From positions 1,336,203 through 1,400,202 of the forward strand of contig JBJBEO010000001.1 in NCBI GenBank assembly GCA_047284725.1: 64,000 bases of DNA, in the 5' to 3' direction. The notes beneath the pieces are model-generated. The model saw only the letters and a list, made by a program, of their open reading frames with translations. It was not told the DNA's origin and did no database searches. The position numbers and the translations under genes were made by a program. Shown piece by piece: positions 11,681-21,906 of this stretch. Numbering within the stretch: position 1 is the stretch's first letter; every line of letters starts with the position of its first letter. The DNA comes from Synechococcus sp. GTDB lineage: Bacteria; Cyanobacteriota; Cyanobacteriia; PCC-6307; Cyanobiaceae.

Positions 11681-14257
11681 TCAGGAATGAATGCGGCTGG
11701 TGCGTTCCGGACCATCAGCCCGCAAAGTGCCGCGGGTGACCCCGAGACGCTGATCAATGCGTTCCCGCTTCCAGACTGCTGCCGATGGAATCGACCCCTC
11801 CAGGGCCTGGCCGTAGAGCTGCAACCGCCGCTGCGTCGCTTCGGCATCTTCATCAAGAAGCTCAAGGCGGAAACGCCTCAGGCCGACCTTCAGCAGGTCT
11901 GGCAGCGCCTCCACACCACTCTGGGCGCGACCATTGAAAAGGGTGTTGCGGCATCCCAGATCAGCCACCAGAGGGTGTTCCACACCACTCCGATCCCGAA
12001 GACGCACCTCGTGCTGCTCGCACGGTCTGCCGCAATCGGTGTGGTCGTGCCCCTCAGACAGGAAGGCACAGAACAAACAGTGCTCCATGTGGAAAAGCGG
12101 CATGTGCTGATGCAGGGTGACCTCAAGCCAGAGCGGGTTGACCGCTGCTGCCAAATCCAGCAGCTGGACAAGATTGAGGTCGTAACTGGCAGTGAGACGA
12201 TCCAGCCCCCAACGTTCGCGATACCAGCGCAGGGTGAGGGGATTGGCGGTGTTGAGGGAGAAGTCGCCACTGCAGGGTGCCAGCGAGGTCAGGCGCTGCA
12301 ATTGATCGGCATTACGCACCAGATAGCCATCGGGCTCGGCGCGAACCAGGGGTTCCAACGTCCAGGCTTCATCGGGCCGGGTGATGCGCGGACCGGCCAG
12401 GCGCAGCCCCTCCTGCCAATGCCCTCGACCGAGCATCACGGCCTGTTTGAGCTGGCTGGGTTGCTCCAGATCAGCCACCACCCCGGCAATCCAGTCGGGT
12501 CGATCAAGGTCGATCAACGCCTCAAGTTGTTCCAGACTGCGCACCAACACCTGCAATTGAGGTGGGCTGGACTCCGGGCTGGATGAATACTTGGACTCGG
12601 CAAAGGTCAGACACCGCGTCAGGATTGAGGGGATGCTCTCAGCACTGACGGCTGTGTTCGGCAAGGCAGGGGCCTCAACCGGCTGAGGCGTGATCCCGGC
12701 CTGACCCATGGCATCAAGAAGCGAGCGGCGGAGTCGGTTGAGTTCAGCGACTGGCAGAAACAATCCGTCGGCCAGATCGAGGTCCAAGGGCTCCAGCCGC
12801 CAGCCGGTACCCCCCAGTCGGCCCAGCTGAGCCTCGAGCCGGCTTCGGTCGAGGCCGTGGTCACGGGCTGCCTCCAGCAACCCCTGACTGTGCACGACCA
12901 GCGAGGCCACCGCCTCTGGTCGAGGCGCGATCAATTCCAGCTGCAGTGGTGCACCGAGGCTGCCGACAACCCGCAGATGCAATGGATGAAGTTGCGGATC
13001 CGTTCTGCGGTCTGCCTCTCGTTGCCAGGTGCGTTGCCAACGGGGATCGCCGGTGAGCCAGACCGTGGCCCCAGGCTCCAGTCCGCGCAGGCTGATACGA
13101 CCTGGCCCCAGTCGGATTCGGTAGCGATGCTGCGACAGGTGCTCCACCTGCATGATCCGCCCTCCGATCTCCCGGGGAGGCAGGAGCGGATCGGTTCCAG
13201 GGGCAGCCTTGGCCTCAATCACCACACCCTGACCGCACTCCAGTGGCTCATCAGTGCGCAACGTGAGCCACCCCTTGCTGTCACAGCGCTCCAGACAACC
13301 CACCACAGGCCCTCTTTTTTTGCTCCAACGTCCGTGCACCAGCCGCCTGTGGTTCACCCCCTCCAGCCAACCGCTTGAGAGCCCGCGGGAGAAACCCATC
13401 TCGAGTTGACGCCGCATCGCTTCAGGGTCCGTCACCAAGCCATCGATCTGTTGCCGATAGGCCTGCGTCACCGCTGCCACGTACGTCGCATCCTTGAGAC
13501 GACCCTCGATCTTGAAACTGCTGATGCCGAGATCCGCAAGGGCAGGGACCTGCATCCAGGCCGACAGATCCTGGGGTGAAAGCAGATAGCGCTGATCATC
13601 GAGATCGAGGGGCTCCCCATCGACCACGAGCTGATAGGGCAGGCGACAGGCCTGAGCACATTCACCGCGGTTGGCACTGCGTTGCCCCAGGGATTCACTG
13701 GTGAGGCACTGGCCGGAATAGGCCACGCACAGAGCGCCATGCACAAACACCTCGAGGGGCATCGCCAGGCCCCGCTGGTGCAGTTGTCCCTGCAGACGCT
13801 TGAGGTCCTTGAGCGCAAGCTCCCTGGCCAGGACCACCCGTTCACAGCCGGCATCAGCGGCCTGGGCTACCCCAGCAGCACTGGTGATCGACATCTGGGT
13901 CGAGGCGTGAAGTGCCAATGCCGGCACCAGCTCCCTGGCCAGAAGACAAAGTCCGAGGTCCTGCACGATCAAGGCATCCACACCAGCACGATCAGCAGCC
14001 AGCAGGAGCTCTGCCGCACGGCTGAGTTCGTCGGTGAACACCAGCACATTGAAGGTGAGAAATCCCTTCACTCCCCTGGCGTGAAGCCAGGCCATGATCT
14101 TGCTGAGCTCTCCGAGCTGGAAGTTTTCGGCTCGCAGTCTGGCGTTGAAGGCCTCAACACCGAAGTAAACGGCATCCGCACCCTGGGAGACAGCAGCCCT
14201 GAGAGCGGCCCAGTCACCAGCTGGTGCCAGCAATTCCGGCGCATCGGGGCAGATCAA
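11681..14257 (-). CDS. Long peptidase-U32-family Fe-S protein (RlhA-like RNA hydroxylase) with a second C-terminal Cys-rich U32-like module
   Basis: PELLAPAG, HASTQM, EVFVHGALCVAYSGQC, NRGECAQACRLPY, LSPQDL and FKIEGRLK motifs; C-terminal HMEHCLFC...DCGRPC...GCRN. Confidence 0.9.
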   Translation of the reverse strand: MICPDAPELLAPAGDWAALRAAVSQGADAVYFGVEAFNARLRAENFQLGELSKIMAWLHARGVKGFLTFNVLVFTDELSRAAELLLAADRAGVDALIVQDLGLCLLARELVPALALHASTQMSITSAAGVAQAADAGCERVVLARELALKDLKRLQGQLHQRGLAMPLEVFVHGALCVAYSGQCLTSESLGQRSANRGECAQACRLPYQLVVDGEPLDLDDQRYLLSPQDLSAWMQVPALADLGISSFKIEGRLKDATYVAAVTQAYRQQIDGLVTDPEAMRRQLEMGFSRGLSSGWLEGVNHRRLVHGRWSKKRGPVVGCLERCDSKGWLTLRTDEPLECGQGVVIEAKAAPGTDPLLPPREIGGRIMQVEHLSQHRYRIRLGPGRISLRGLEPGATVWLTGDPRWQRTWQREADRRTDPQLHPLHLRVVGSLGAPLQLELIAPRPEAVASLVVHSQGLLEAARDHGLDRSRLEAQLGRLGGTGWRLEPLDLDLADGLFLPVAELNRLRRSLLDAMGQAGITPQPVEAPALPNTAVSAESIPSILTRCLTFAESKYSSSPESSPPQLQVLVRSLEQLEALIDLDRPDWIAGVVADLEQPSQLKQAVMLGRGHWQEGLRLAGPRITRPDEAWTLEPLVRAEPDGYLVRNADQLQRLTSLAPCSGDFSLNTANPLTLRWYRERWGLDRLTASYDLNLVQLLDLAAAVNPLWLEVTLHQHMPLFHMEHCLFCAFLSEGHDHTDCGRPCEQHEVRLRDRSGVEHPLVADLGCRNTLFNGRAQSGVEALPDLLKVGLRRFRLELLDEDAEATQRRLQLYGQALEGSIPSAAVWKRERIDQRLGVTRGTLRADGPERTSRIHS

Positions 14258-15012
14258 CGTGTCTGGGCCAGACGCCTGGCCGGCTCAAACTGCCTGAGGG
14301 CCTGCGCGGAGCCCTCAAAGCGCCAATGCCAGGGTTCGTAGCTCACTCCCTGGGGATTGCCCCGGGGGAACGACAACGTGAAGTGATAGCTGGCAGCGTG
14401 ATCCTGAAGCCAACGGAACGCAGGGGACAGCTCAAAGGACCGGGAAAGGTTGGTGGAGGAATCGTCCCCATCACCAAGGTCGACGGCCAAACCGGTGCTG
14501 TGCTCCGAATACCCAGGAGGAGCACTCACCTTGGCCCTCTCACTGGCCGTTTGGTTGCGCTCTGATTTCACATCAAAAAAGATGCCCTTCTGCAAAGCCT
14601 GGGATCGGTAGCCACTCAACAAACGCAGATCAATGCCGTCCGCAGCAGCAGCTCTCTGCATCGACTGCAACGCCTCAGCGGCGTCGACATGGAGCTGCAA
14701 GCCAGGAGAGACCTGGACCAACTCAAAGGCCTGCGCCTCGTCGTATGGGAAGTGACCCAGCAGTCGACCATCCAACGACGGACTCTCTTCAATGCCCTCA
14801 ACGGCGCGACCTGTTGTGGAAAACCTCGCCATGAGGGCAGGACCGAACATCACAACGGCCAGCGCCCCACTGAACACGAAGGCACAGACGAGCAACAGAC
14901 CCAACCCTCCACGTCGCCGACGCTGAGATGGACGGGAACGACGCGCCACGGGAATGTCGTCCCTGCTGACGCGCTCCCTGCGGGCGCGACGGGGGGCGAC
15001 AGCTCGGACCAA
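14254..15012 (-). CDS. D-Ala-D-Ala carboxypeptidase, peptidase M15B (VanY-like), with N-terminal membrane anchor
   Basis: SGYRS, SAPPGYSEHSTGLAVD and YEPWHWRF motifs. Start set at TTG 15012; the track's extension to 15924 is antisense to chlP. Confidence 0.9.
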   Translation of the reverse strand: MVRAVAPRRARRERVSRDDIPVARRSRPSQRRRRGGLGLLLVCAFVFSGALAVVMFGPALMARFSTTGRAVEGIEESPSLDGRLLGHFPYDEAQAFELVQVSPGLQLHVDAAEALQSMQRAAAADGIDLRLLSGYRSQALQKGIFFDVKSERNQTASERAKVSAPPGYSEHSTGLAVDLGDGDDSSTNLSRSFELSPAFRWLQDHAASYHFTLSFPRGNPQGVSYEPWHWRFEGSAQALRQFEPARRLAQTR

Positions 15013-15123
15013 AATGATGTTGCAGTGTTGTGACGATCCTAAGGGGGGGCGCCAGGGGTTTACCACGGCCGATAGCCCAGTGGTGGTAGCTTCTCGGAAA
15101 CGATCCAGCGGAGTAGGGCTGAG

Positions 15124-16473
15124 ATGCTGCGAGTTGCCGTCGTCGGTGGTGGTCCTAGTGGATCTTGTGCTGCCGAAATTCTTGCCAAGGCAGGCATTCA
15201 GACCTGGTTGTTTGAGCGCAAGCTGGATAACGCCAAACCCTGCGGGGGCGCCATCCCCCTCTGCATGGTCGAGGAATTCGACCTGCCGGATTCGATCATC
15301 GACCGGAAAGTCCGGAACATGAAGATGATCTCCCCCTCCAATCGGGAGGTGGACATCAAGCTTGATCCTCTCGGCTACGACGACAACGCCTACATCGGCA
15401 TGTGTCGCCGTGAGGTCTTCGATGCGTTCCTTCGCAACCGTGCTGCTGACCTGGGCACCACGCTGGTGAATGGATTGGTTCAGAAGATCGACACCGGCAG
15501 CAATCGCCAGGGTCCCTACATCCTTCACTACGCCGACTACAGCGGAGGTGGCCCCACCGGTGAGCAGAAGACACTGGAGGTGGATCTGATCATTGGTGCG
15601 GATGGTGCCAACTCCCGCGTCGCCAAAGCCATGGACGCTGGTGACTACAACGTGGCCATCGCCTTCCAGGAGCGCATCAAGCTTCCTGCTGAAGAGATGA
15701 CCTACTACGAAGATCTGGCGGAGATGTACGTGGGCACCGATGTGTCTCCAGATTTCTACGCCTGGGTGTTCCCCAAATATGACCACGTGGCCGTGGGAAC
15801 CGGCACCATGCAGCAGAACCAGTCGCTGATCAAGGGCCTTCAGAGGGGTATTCGTGAGCGGGCAAGCAAGCGTCTGTTCAAAGGTGAAGTCATCAAGGTT
15901 GAGGCCCACCCCATTCCTGAACATCCCCGCCCCCGCCGGGTGGTGGGTCGCATGGCCCTCGTGGGTGATGCCGCTGGTTACGTCACCAAGAGCTCCGGCG
16001 AAGGGATCTACTTCGCCGCCAAGAGCGGACGCATGTGCGCTGAGGCCATCGTTGAGATCTCCAATCGGGGGCAGCGCATCCCCACCGAAAAGGCGATCAA
16101 ATCGACCTATCTGAAGCGATGGGACAAGAAGTACGGAGCAACCTATGCGGTTCTCGACATCCTTCAGCGGATCTTCTATCGCAACGATGCCGCTCGCGAA
16201 GCATTCGTTGAGATGTGCGATGACATGGACGTCCAGAAACTGACGTTTGACAGCTACCTCTACAAGCGGGTGGTGATGATGAATCCCTGGCAGCAGATCA
16301 AGCTCACCCTTCGCACCCTTGGCAGTCTGATTCGAGGTGAAGCCCTGGCACCGTCCCAGTACGGTCCAGTGCCATCAGCCGTGGGGCGTTCGGACGGCGA
16401 TTTTCTCGCTCAGGAAGCTGCCGAGCGAATCAAGGCACAAACGAAGAGCAAAGAAACCGTTGATGTGAGCTGA
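15124..16473 (+). CDS. chlP: Geranylgeranyl reductase
   Basis: VAVVGGGPSG, AKPCGGAIP, FYAWVFPK and GDAAGYVTKSSGEGIY motifs. Confidence 0.97.
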   Translation: MLRVAVVGGGPSGSCAAEILAKAGIQTWLFERKLDNAKPCGGAIPLCMVEEFDLPDSIIDRKVRNMKMISPSNREVDIKLDPLGYDDNAYIGMCRREVFDAFLRNRAADLGTTLVNGLVQKIDTGSNRQGPYILHYADYSGGGPTGEQKTLEVDLIIGADGANSRVAKAMDAGDYNVAIAFQERIKLPAEEMTYYEDLAEMYVGTDVSPDFYAWVFPKYDHVAVGTGTMQQNQSLIKGLQRGIRERASKRLFKGEVIKVEAHPIPEHPRPRRVVGRMALVGDAAGYVTKSSGEGIYFAAKSGRMCAEAIVEISNRGQRIPTEKAIKSTYLKRWDKKYGATYAVLDILQRIFYRNDAAREAFVEMCDDMDVQKLTFDSYLYKRVVMMNPWQQIKLTLRTLGSLIRGEALAPSQYGPVPSAVGRSDGDFLAQEAAERIKAQTKSKETVDVS

Positions 16474-16512
16474 TCACCCAGCTCACCCTCGTGGCATCAC
16501 CAGAAGCTGGAG

Positions 16513-16749
16513 TCAAGGCGTTGATTCCAGCTTTTTTTGTGCCGCCTCGCGGAGCCTTTCAACCCCTTCCTGGATTTTGGCCCCAGGAGCGGTTTCCTTT
16601 CGCGTCGTCGACCAAACATTGATGCTGTAGACCGCGGCAGCAGCAACAATCAGCGCCGCAAGCACAAGACTGATCCCATTGCCTCCCTGACGAATCACAA
16701 CCGGTTGCTGAAGATTTCCTCCATTGGTCTGACCGGAAGGATTACTCAT
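16513..16749 (-). CDS. Small single-pass membrane protein, unknown function
   Basis: One hydrophobic helix (ISLVLAALIVAAAAVYSI) with a charged helical tail; GGAG upstream; fills the chlP-glyS gap. Confidence 0.65.
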   Translation of the reverse strand: MSNPSGQTNGGNLQQPVVIRQGGNGISLVLAALIVAAAAVYSINVWSTTRKETAPGAKIQEGVERLREAAQKKLESTP

Positions 16750-16799
16750 GCTCAAACTCCACTCACAGCATCTCCATAGCCAGAGCAGTCAGCACACAC

Positions 16800-18959
16800 T
16801 CAAGACTGAATCAGTTCGAAACGGGCCAGTTGGGAGGCTTGATTGCGCAGGACGCCAAGAAGATTGAGCCGGTTTTGGCGCAATTGAGGATCCTCGGCCA
16901 TCACCATCACGCTGTTGTCGCCGTCGAAAAAGGCTTCCAGGACAGGGGTTGCTTCCACCAAGGCATCCGCCAAGGCCTGGTAGTCACGACCGGCCGCCAA
17001 AGGATGTAATTGTTCAATCACGGCCAGCATGGCCGTCTCACTGGATGATTCAAATCGTGTCGGATCAACCACCGCACCCGGATCCAGACAGAAGCGATCC
17101 AATGCACCCTTTTCTGCCAGACGCGCCGCGCGCTGCACAACCGCCTGAACAGCGGACAGCCGGTTCTGATCGCGCAATTGGCTGAGAAGACGAATGCGCT
17201 CCAGGACGTCCAAGGGATCACCAAGCAGTTGTTGATCCGACAGAGACTCACCGGCCACTGCCTGAACCAGATCGGCGGAGTGGCCATCATCTTCAAGCTG
17301 AGACTGCACGCGCTGACGCAGCAACGTCACCAGATCAGAGGCCAGAACCGAAGCCTCCACACCGAAGTCTGGGAAACGCCGTTGCCAGCTCTCGGATGCC
17401 TCTGACAACAGCGCCATGATGTCAAGCCGCCAGCCACGATCCCAGAGAATCTGCAGCACACCATTGCCGGCACGGCGAAGGGCATAGGGGTCAGAGGAGC
17501 CCGTGGGCCGCTCGCCCTTGGCGAAAATGCTCAACAGCAATTCCAGCCGTTCAGCCAAAGCGACCACCGCTCCGGCATCGCTCTGGGGTAACGCATCACC
17601 AGCTCCTCGGGGGAGGTAATGCTCCACCACCGCTTGGGCCACCTCGCGGCTTTCACCTTCTTGAAGCAGGTACTTGCCGCCCATCAGACCCTGCAATTCC
17701 GGGAACTCACCGACCATCTGGCTGACGAGGTCGTTCTTGCAGAAGTGAGCAGCCCGCTGCGCGGCTGCCGCAGTGGAGTCAGGAAGCTCCAGGGCAGACA
17801 CAAGTGTGCAGGTAAGCTCTTCGATGCGCGCGCTGCGATTGAGCAAGCTGCCGAGACCGGAAGCAAAGGTGACGCGGTCGAGGGACTCACGGCGCTCACC
17901 ACTGGGCTGCTTACGGTCCACTGTCAGAAAGAATTCGGCATCCGCCAGGCGGGCGCTCAACACCCGCTCATTGCCCCGACGAATCTGATCGTCCGCAGCG
18001 GCAAGCCCATTACCCACCAGCAGAAATTCGGGGTGCAGCACGTCTCTGGCGCCGAGCCGGAGCGGATCGTGATCGACACCTGGACGACGCAGCGGCACAT
18101 AACGCTGGTGCGATTGCATCACCGTGACGATCACTTCAGGGGGCAGGTCAAGAAAGCGATCAGCAATGTTTCCCTGGAGTACACGAGGATCTTCCACCAG
18201 ATCCACCAGCTCCTCAAACAACCCCGTCGGACAGTCCAGTTCTCCGCCAACGTCAGCGGCTCTGGACTCGAGAGCCAATCGAATCTGCTCCGCACGTTTG
18301 GCTCGATCAGCCTGAACGCCTGCTGAAGCCAGGGCCTCGAAATACGCATCAGCGGTCTTCAACGCAACGCTGTGGTTGCGCAGGCGATGGGCGCGGGTCT
18401 GGCGACCGCTGTGAACCACAGGCTCACTGGCCTTCAGGCTGACAGGAACAACAGCATCACCCAGGAGTGCCACCAGCCAACGCACAGGACGACTGAAGCG
18501 CTGCTCTCCATCGCCCCATCGCATGAAACGCCTGCCCTGAAGTGCATCAATCCAGGCTGGGATGGCCGTCTGAAGAAGCTGCACAGTCGACTGCCCCTTC
18601 ACCTGCACAGTGGCGAACACGCAATCACCTTTGGGCGTGGAACGCACTTCGAGCAGCGACGGATCAACGCCGCACCGCTTGGCAAAGCCGATGGCAGCAG
18701 GTCCTGGTTGGCCATCAACGAAGGCTTGCTTGACCGGAGGTCCCTTGCGTTCTTCGTGGAGATCCTCCTGGCCATCAGCCAGGTTGTTGACCAGAACGGC
18801 AAGACGACGGGGTGTGCTGCTGACGACGACAGCGCCATGCTGCAGACGCCACTCACGGAGGTCGCGCTGGACACGCTGCTGTAACTGGGGAAGGGCCAGG
18901 CGCGCAAAGTCAGCAGGAAGTTCTTCCGTACCGATCTCGAGCAGGAAGGTTGAGGCCAC
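16800..18959 (-). CDS. glyS: Glycine--tRNA ligase beta subunit
   Basis: FLLEIGTEELP, TPRRLAV, MRWG...FSRPVRW, GNERVLSARLADA, MVGEFPELQG and GSSDPYALRR motifs. Confidence 0.97.
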   Translation of the reverse strand: MASTFLLEIGTEELPADFARLALPQLQQRVQRDLREWRLQHGAVVVSSTPRRLAVLVNNLADGQEDLHEERKGPPVKQAFVDGQPGPAAIGFAKRCGVDPSLLEVRSTPKGDCVFATVQVKGQSTVQLLQTAIPAWIDALQGRRFMRWGDGEQRFSRPVRWLVALLGDAVVPVSLKASEPVVHSGRQTRAHRLRNHSVALKTADAYFEALASAGVQADRAKRAEQIRLALESRAADVGGELDCPTGLFEELVDLVEDPRVLQGNIADRFLDLPPEVIVTVMQSHQRYVPLRRPGVDHDPLRLGARDVLHPEFLLVGNGLAAADDQIRRGNERVLSARLADAEFFLTVDRKQPSGERRESLDRVTFASGLGSLLNRSARIEELTCTLVSALELPDSTAAAAQRAAHFCKNDLVSQMVGEFPELQGLMGGKYLLQEGESREVAQAVVEHYLPRGAGDALPQSDAGAVVALAERLELLLSIFAKGERPTGSSDPYALRRAGNGVLQILWDRGWRLDIMALLSEASESWQRRFPDFGVEASVLASDLVTLLRQRVQSQLEDDGHSADLVQAVAGESLSDQQLLGDPLDVLERIRLLSQLRDQNRLSAVQAVVQRAARLAEKGALDRFCLDPGAVVDPTRFESSSETAMLAVIEQLHPLAAGRDYQALADALVEATPVLEAFFDGDNSVMVMAEDPQLRQNRLNLLGVLRNQASQLARFELIQS

Positions 18960-19020
18960 ACCAGTCGGCTCGACAAGCTATTGACTGTATTGGAAGCCGC
19001 TTCGCTAACTTCGAGGTCAC

Positions 19021-20817
19021 GTGAATGGTGTGCCTGTGAGACAGACCAGTGTCGACGCCTCAACAAGCTCCCGAGGCGCAGGCAATCGGTCGATCGATGA
19101 TGCTGCGCCGCTGCCCAAGGCTGAGCAGCGCAAACGCGACAGCGATTTTCTCAAGGAACCTCTGCTCACGGAGCTGGCAAACGACCAGCCGAATTTCAGT
19201 GAGGATGCTCTCCAGATCCTCAAGTTCCACGGCAGCTATCAACAGGACGACAGGGATAAGCGGGAAAAAGGTCGTGATAAGCAGTGGCAGATGATGCTGC
19301 GCCTGCGCAGCCCGGCAGGACGCATTCCCACCGGCCTGTTTCTGGCCATGGATGAACTGGCTGACCGCCTCGGAGACGGAACGCTGCGTGTCACCACCCG
19401 ACAGGCCTTCCAGATGCATGGCGTCGCGAAAGCGGATCTGAAGGAGGTCATCGGCACGATCATTCGCAACCTGGGCTCCACCCTTGCCGCCTGCGGAGAC
19501 ATCAACCGCAACGTGATGGCCCCTGCCGCTCCGTTCGATAAGGGCGGTTATCCAGCCGCCCGTCAACTGGCTGATGACATCGCCGATCTGCTCAGTCCCG
19601 AAACAGCTGAAGGGTCGTATCTCGACCTCTGGGTTGACGGTGATCTCAGCTACCGGATCAAAACCAAGCGCAAAGTGAAAGCAGCGCGAAAGCGTCAACT
19701 GGAAGGTGGCGTCTTTTCCGGTGATGAACGGGAACCGCTCTACAGCGACACCTATTTACCCCGGAAATTCAAGGTCGGGGTGACGGTGCCTGGTGACAAT
19801 TCGATCGACTTGCTCACCCAGGACATTGGGCTGGTGGTCTTCACCGATGTCAGCGGTGACCTTCGCGGTTGCAATGTGTATGTCGGTGGTGGCATGGGAC
19901 GAACCCACAACAAGGACGAGACGTTCGCCCGCATTGCTGATCCCCTCGGATTCGTTCCCGCTGATCAGGTGTTCGACCTGGTCCAGTCCGTTCTCGCCCT
20001 CCAACGCGATCACGGTGACCGGAAACTGCGACGGCATGCCCGCATGAAGTATCTCCTGCATGACAAGGGCATTCGTTGGTTCCGTGATGAACTCACCAGT
20101 CGTTACTTCAAGGGGGACTTGAAACCCCTGCGCAACGAGCCCAAAGCGAAGCTGCACGATTACCTCGGCTGGCATCGGCATCGTGCAGGCATGTGGTTTG
20201 TGGGTTTGCCCCTCCTGTGCGGACGCCTCTCCGGCGACTTCAAAAAGGGGCTGCGCAAGATCGTGGAGACCTATCAGTTGGAGATTCGTCTCACTCCCAA
20301 CCAAGATCTGCTGCTCTGCAACATCGGCACTCCACAGCGAGCCTCGATTCGGGCAGCTCTGAAAGAACTCGGCATCGAGACACCCGAGATGCCGGCTCCC
20401 CTGGCTCGTCATGCCATCGCCTGCCCGGCCTTACCCACCTGTGGCCTTGCGATCACCGAATCGGAACGCATCTTGCCCAACGTGCTCGAGCGCCTCGACA
20501 GCCAACTGCAACGACTCGAGATCGACAAGCCCGTGCTTGTGAGGATGACAGGCTGCCCCAACGGATGTGCCCGCCCTTACATGGCGGAGCTGGCCCTGGT
20601 TGGCAGTGGCGTGAACCAGTACCAGCTCTGGCTGGGAGGGAGTGCCAATCTGCAACGACTTGGTGAACCCTATCTGCAGAAGATGCCGCTCGACGACCTG
20701 GAAACCACCCTTGAGCCTCTGCTGGTGAGCTGGAAGGAGGCAGGGGGACGCCGCACCCTTGGCGACCATGTGCACAAACTCGGGGCTCAGGCCGTCAGCG
20801 AACTGTTGAAGGCCTGA
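19021..20817 (+). CDS. sir: Ferredoxin-dependent assimilatory sulfite reductase (siroheme)
   Basis: LKFHGSYQQDDRD, TTRQAFQMHG, ACGDINRN, YLPRKFK, ACPALPTCG and MTGCPNGCARPY motifs; start uncertain. Confidence 0.95.
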   Translation: MNGVPVRQTSVDASTSSRGAGNRSIDDAAPLPKAEQRKRDSDFLKEPLLTELANDQPNFSEDALQILKFHGSYQQDDRDKREKGRDKQWQMMLRLRSPAGRIPTGLFLAMDELADRLGDGTLRVTTRQAFQMHGVAKADLKEVIGTIIRNLGSTLAACGDINRNVMAPAAPFDKGGYPAARQLADDIADLLSPETAEGSYLDLWVDGDLSYRIKTKRKVKAARKRQLEGGVFSGDEREPLYSDTYLPRKFKVGVTVPGDNSIDLLTQDIGLVVFTDVSGDLRGCNVYVGGGMGRTHNKDETFARIADPLGFVPADQVFDLVQSVLALQRDHGDRKLRRHARMKYLLHDKGIRWFRDELTSRYFKGDLKPLRNEPKAKLHDYLGWHRHRAGMWFVGLPLLCGRLSGDFKKGLRKIVETYQLEIRLTPNQDLLLCNIGTPQRASIRAALKELGIETPEMPAPLARHAIACPALPTCGLAITESERILPNVLERLDSQLQRLEIDKPVLVRMTGCPNGCARPYMAELALVGSGVNQYQLWLGGSANLQRLGEPYLQKMPLDDLETTLEPLLVSWKEAGGRRTLGDHVHKLGAQAVSELLKA

Positions 20818-21533
20818 TCACTGCGTCCGTAAATCGCCCTCTGTTGGCCGGATCGCCAGGCCCAGAGCTGGTCCCCATAACTGAAGTGCCACCACTCATT
20901 GGGGTGGCAGACCAACCCTTCCGCACCAAGAACGGAAGCGAGAAGTGTGCGTCTTTGGTGAAAGCGCCGAGCGTTGTGATCCAGGCCTTTCAAGGCGGCA
21001 TCGGCGTAGTAGTCGGGATCCGAGACGGCACCGATGGCGTCGATCTCGCCACCCATGTCGAGCAGGATGTGATCGTCACTGCAGAGCGTGAGGTCCACAG
21101 CTGCACCGGTGCTGTGGGGTGGTGGTGTCGCCGCATCGGCACTGGGCGGTGCCCAGAAACGACCGACGCGTCGTCTCACATCGGCAAGGGCCTCCGCTGC
21201 AAGGGGATCGGAGGCGGCAGCGTTGGGGTCAAGTCCCTCAAGAGCGCACTGGTCGGCCACAGCACGTTCCACCATGAAGGCTTGAACCTTGATCGGGCGC
21301 CAGGCATCGAAGATCGCGAAGCGCAGATTGGGGTCGATCCTGCGCAGTCGATTCTCGGCGCGCTGCAGGCGGAGACGCACCCCCTGTCTCAGCACAAAGG
21401 GATCAGCACCTGGCCCGTAAGGCGCGCCCAGCGACTGGTACGGATGCGGTCGCAGGCAGAAAAGGTGCGGCTGAAGTGCTTCGAGGGGCTCTCCGCACTC
21501 ATGGATCGGACGATCACTCCACGGTCTCAACAC
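20787..21533 (-). CDS. D-Ala-D-Ala dipeptidase, peptidase M15D (VanX/DdpX-like)
   Basis: FDAWRP, PPHSTGAAVDLTL and EWWHFSYGD motifs; start uncertain. Confidence 0.9.
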   Translation of the reverse strand: MLRPWSDRPIHECGEPLEALQPHLFCLRPHPYQSLGAPYGPGADPFVLRQGVRLRLQRAENRLRRIDPNLRFAIFDAWRPIKVQAFMVERAVADQCALEGLDPNAAASDPLAAEALADVRRRVGRFWAPPSADAATPPPHSTGAAVDLTLCSDDHILLDMGGEIDAIGAVSDPDYYADAALKGLDHNARRFHQRRTLLASVLGAEGLVCHPNEWWHFSYGDQLWAWRSGQQRAIYGRSDQAFNSSLTA

Positions 21534-21906
21534 AGAGGGCAACACCAATGCATCCAGAGTCGCAGACGCCAACACATGGGATCCATTTCCACAACTGAAC
21601 ACCGATTTTCCCCAGACGGCGTCTCACCCGGTCCAACCCAGCCTCAACGGCAAAAAGAAAATCGCCCTTAACCAACGGGTCATCCAAGAACCATTAAAAA
21701 AAGCTTGCGATCGAGGAAGACTCAACCTGCACAGCAGGAAACAAGCCCTGCACCGCAGGCCGTAACAGGCCATGACAGAACGACGGAATCACAGCAAGAC
21801 CAACCGCTCAACCAACCCGCCCTTGATAAGCAATTCCTGAAGACGAGCCCCGACCGGAACCAGCCGAGACTCAGCCTGGACTCATGCCTGTGGAAAAAAC
21901 GACGCA

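Noticed and set aside
15013..15924. 556-aa minus-strand ORF suggesting a long N-terminal extension of the M15B carboxypeptidase
   Set aside because: The extension is the antisense shadow of chlP; the recognisable protein starts near 15012
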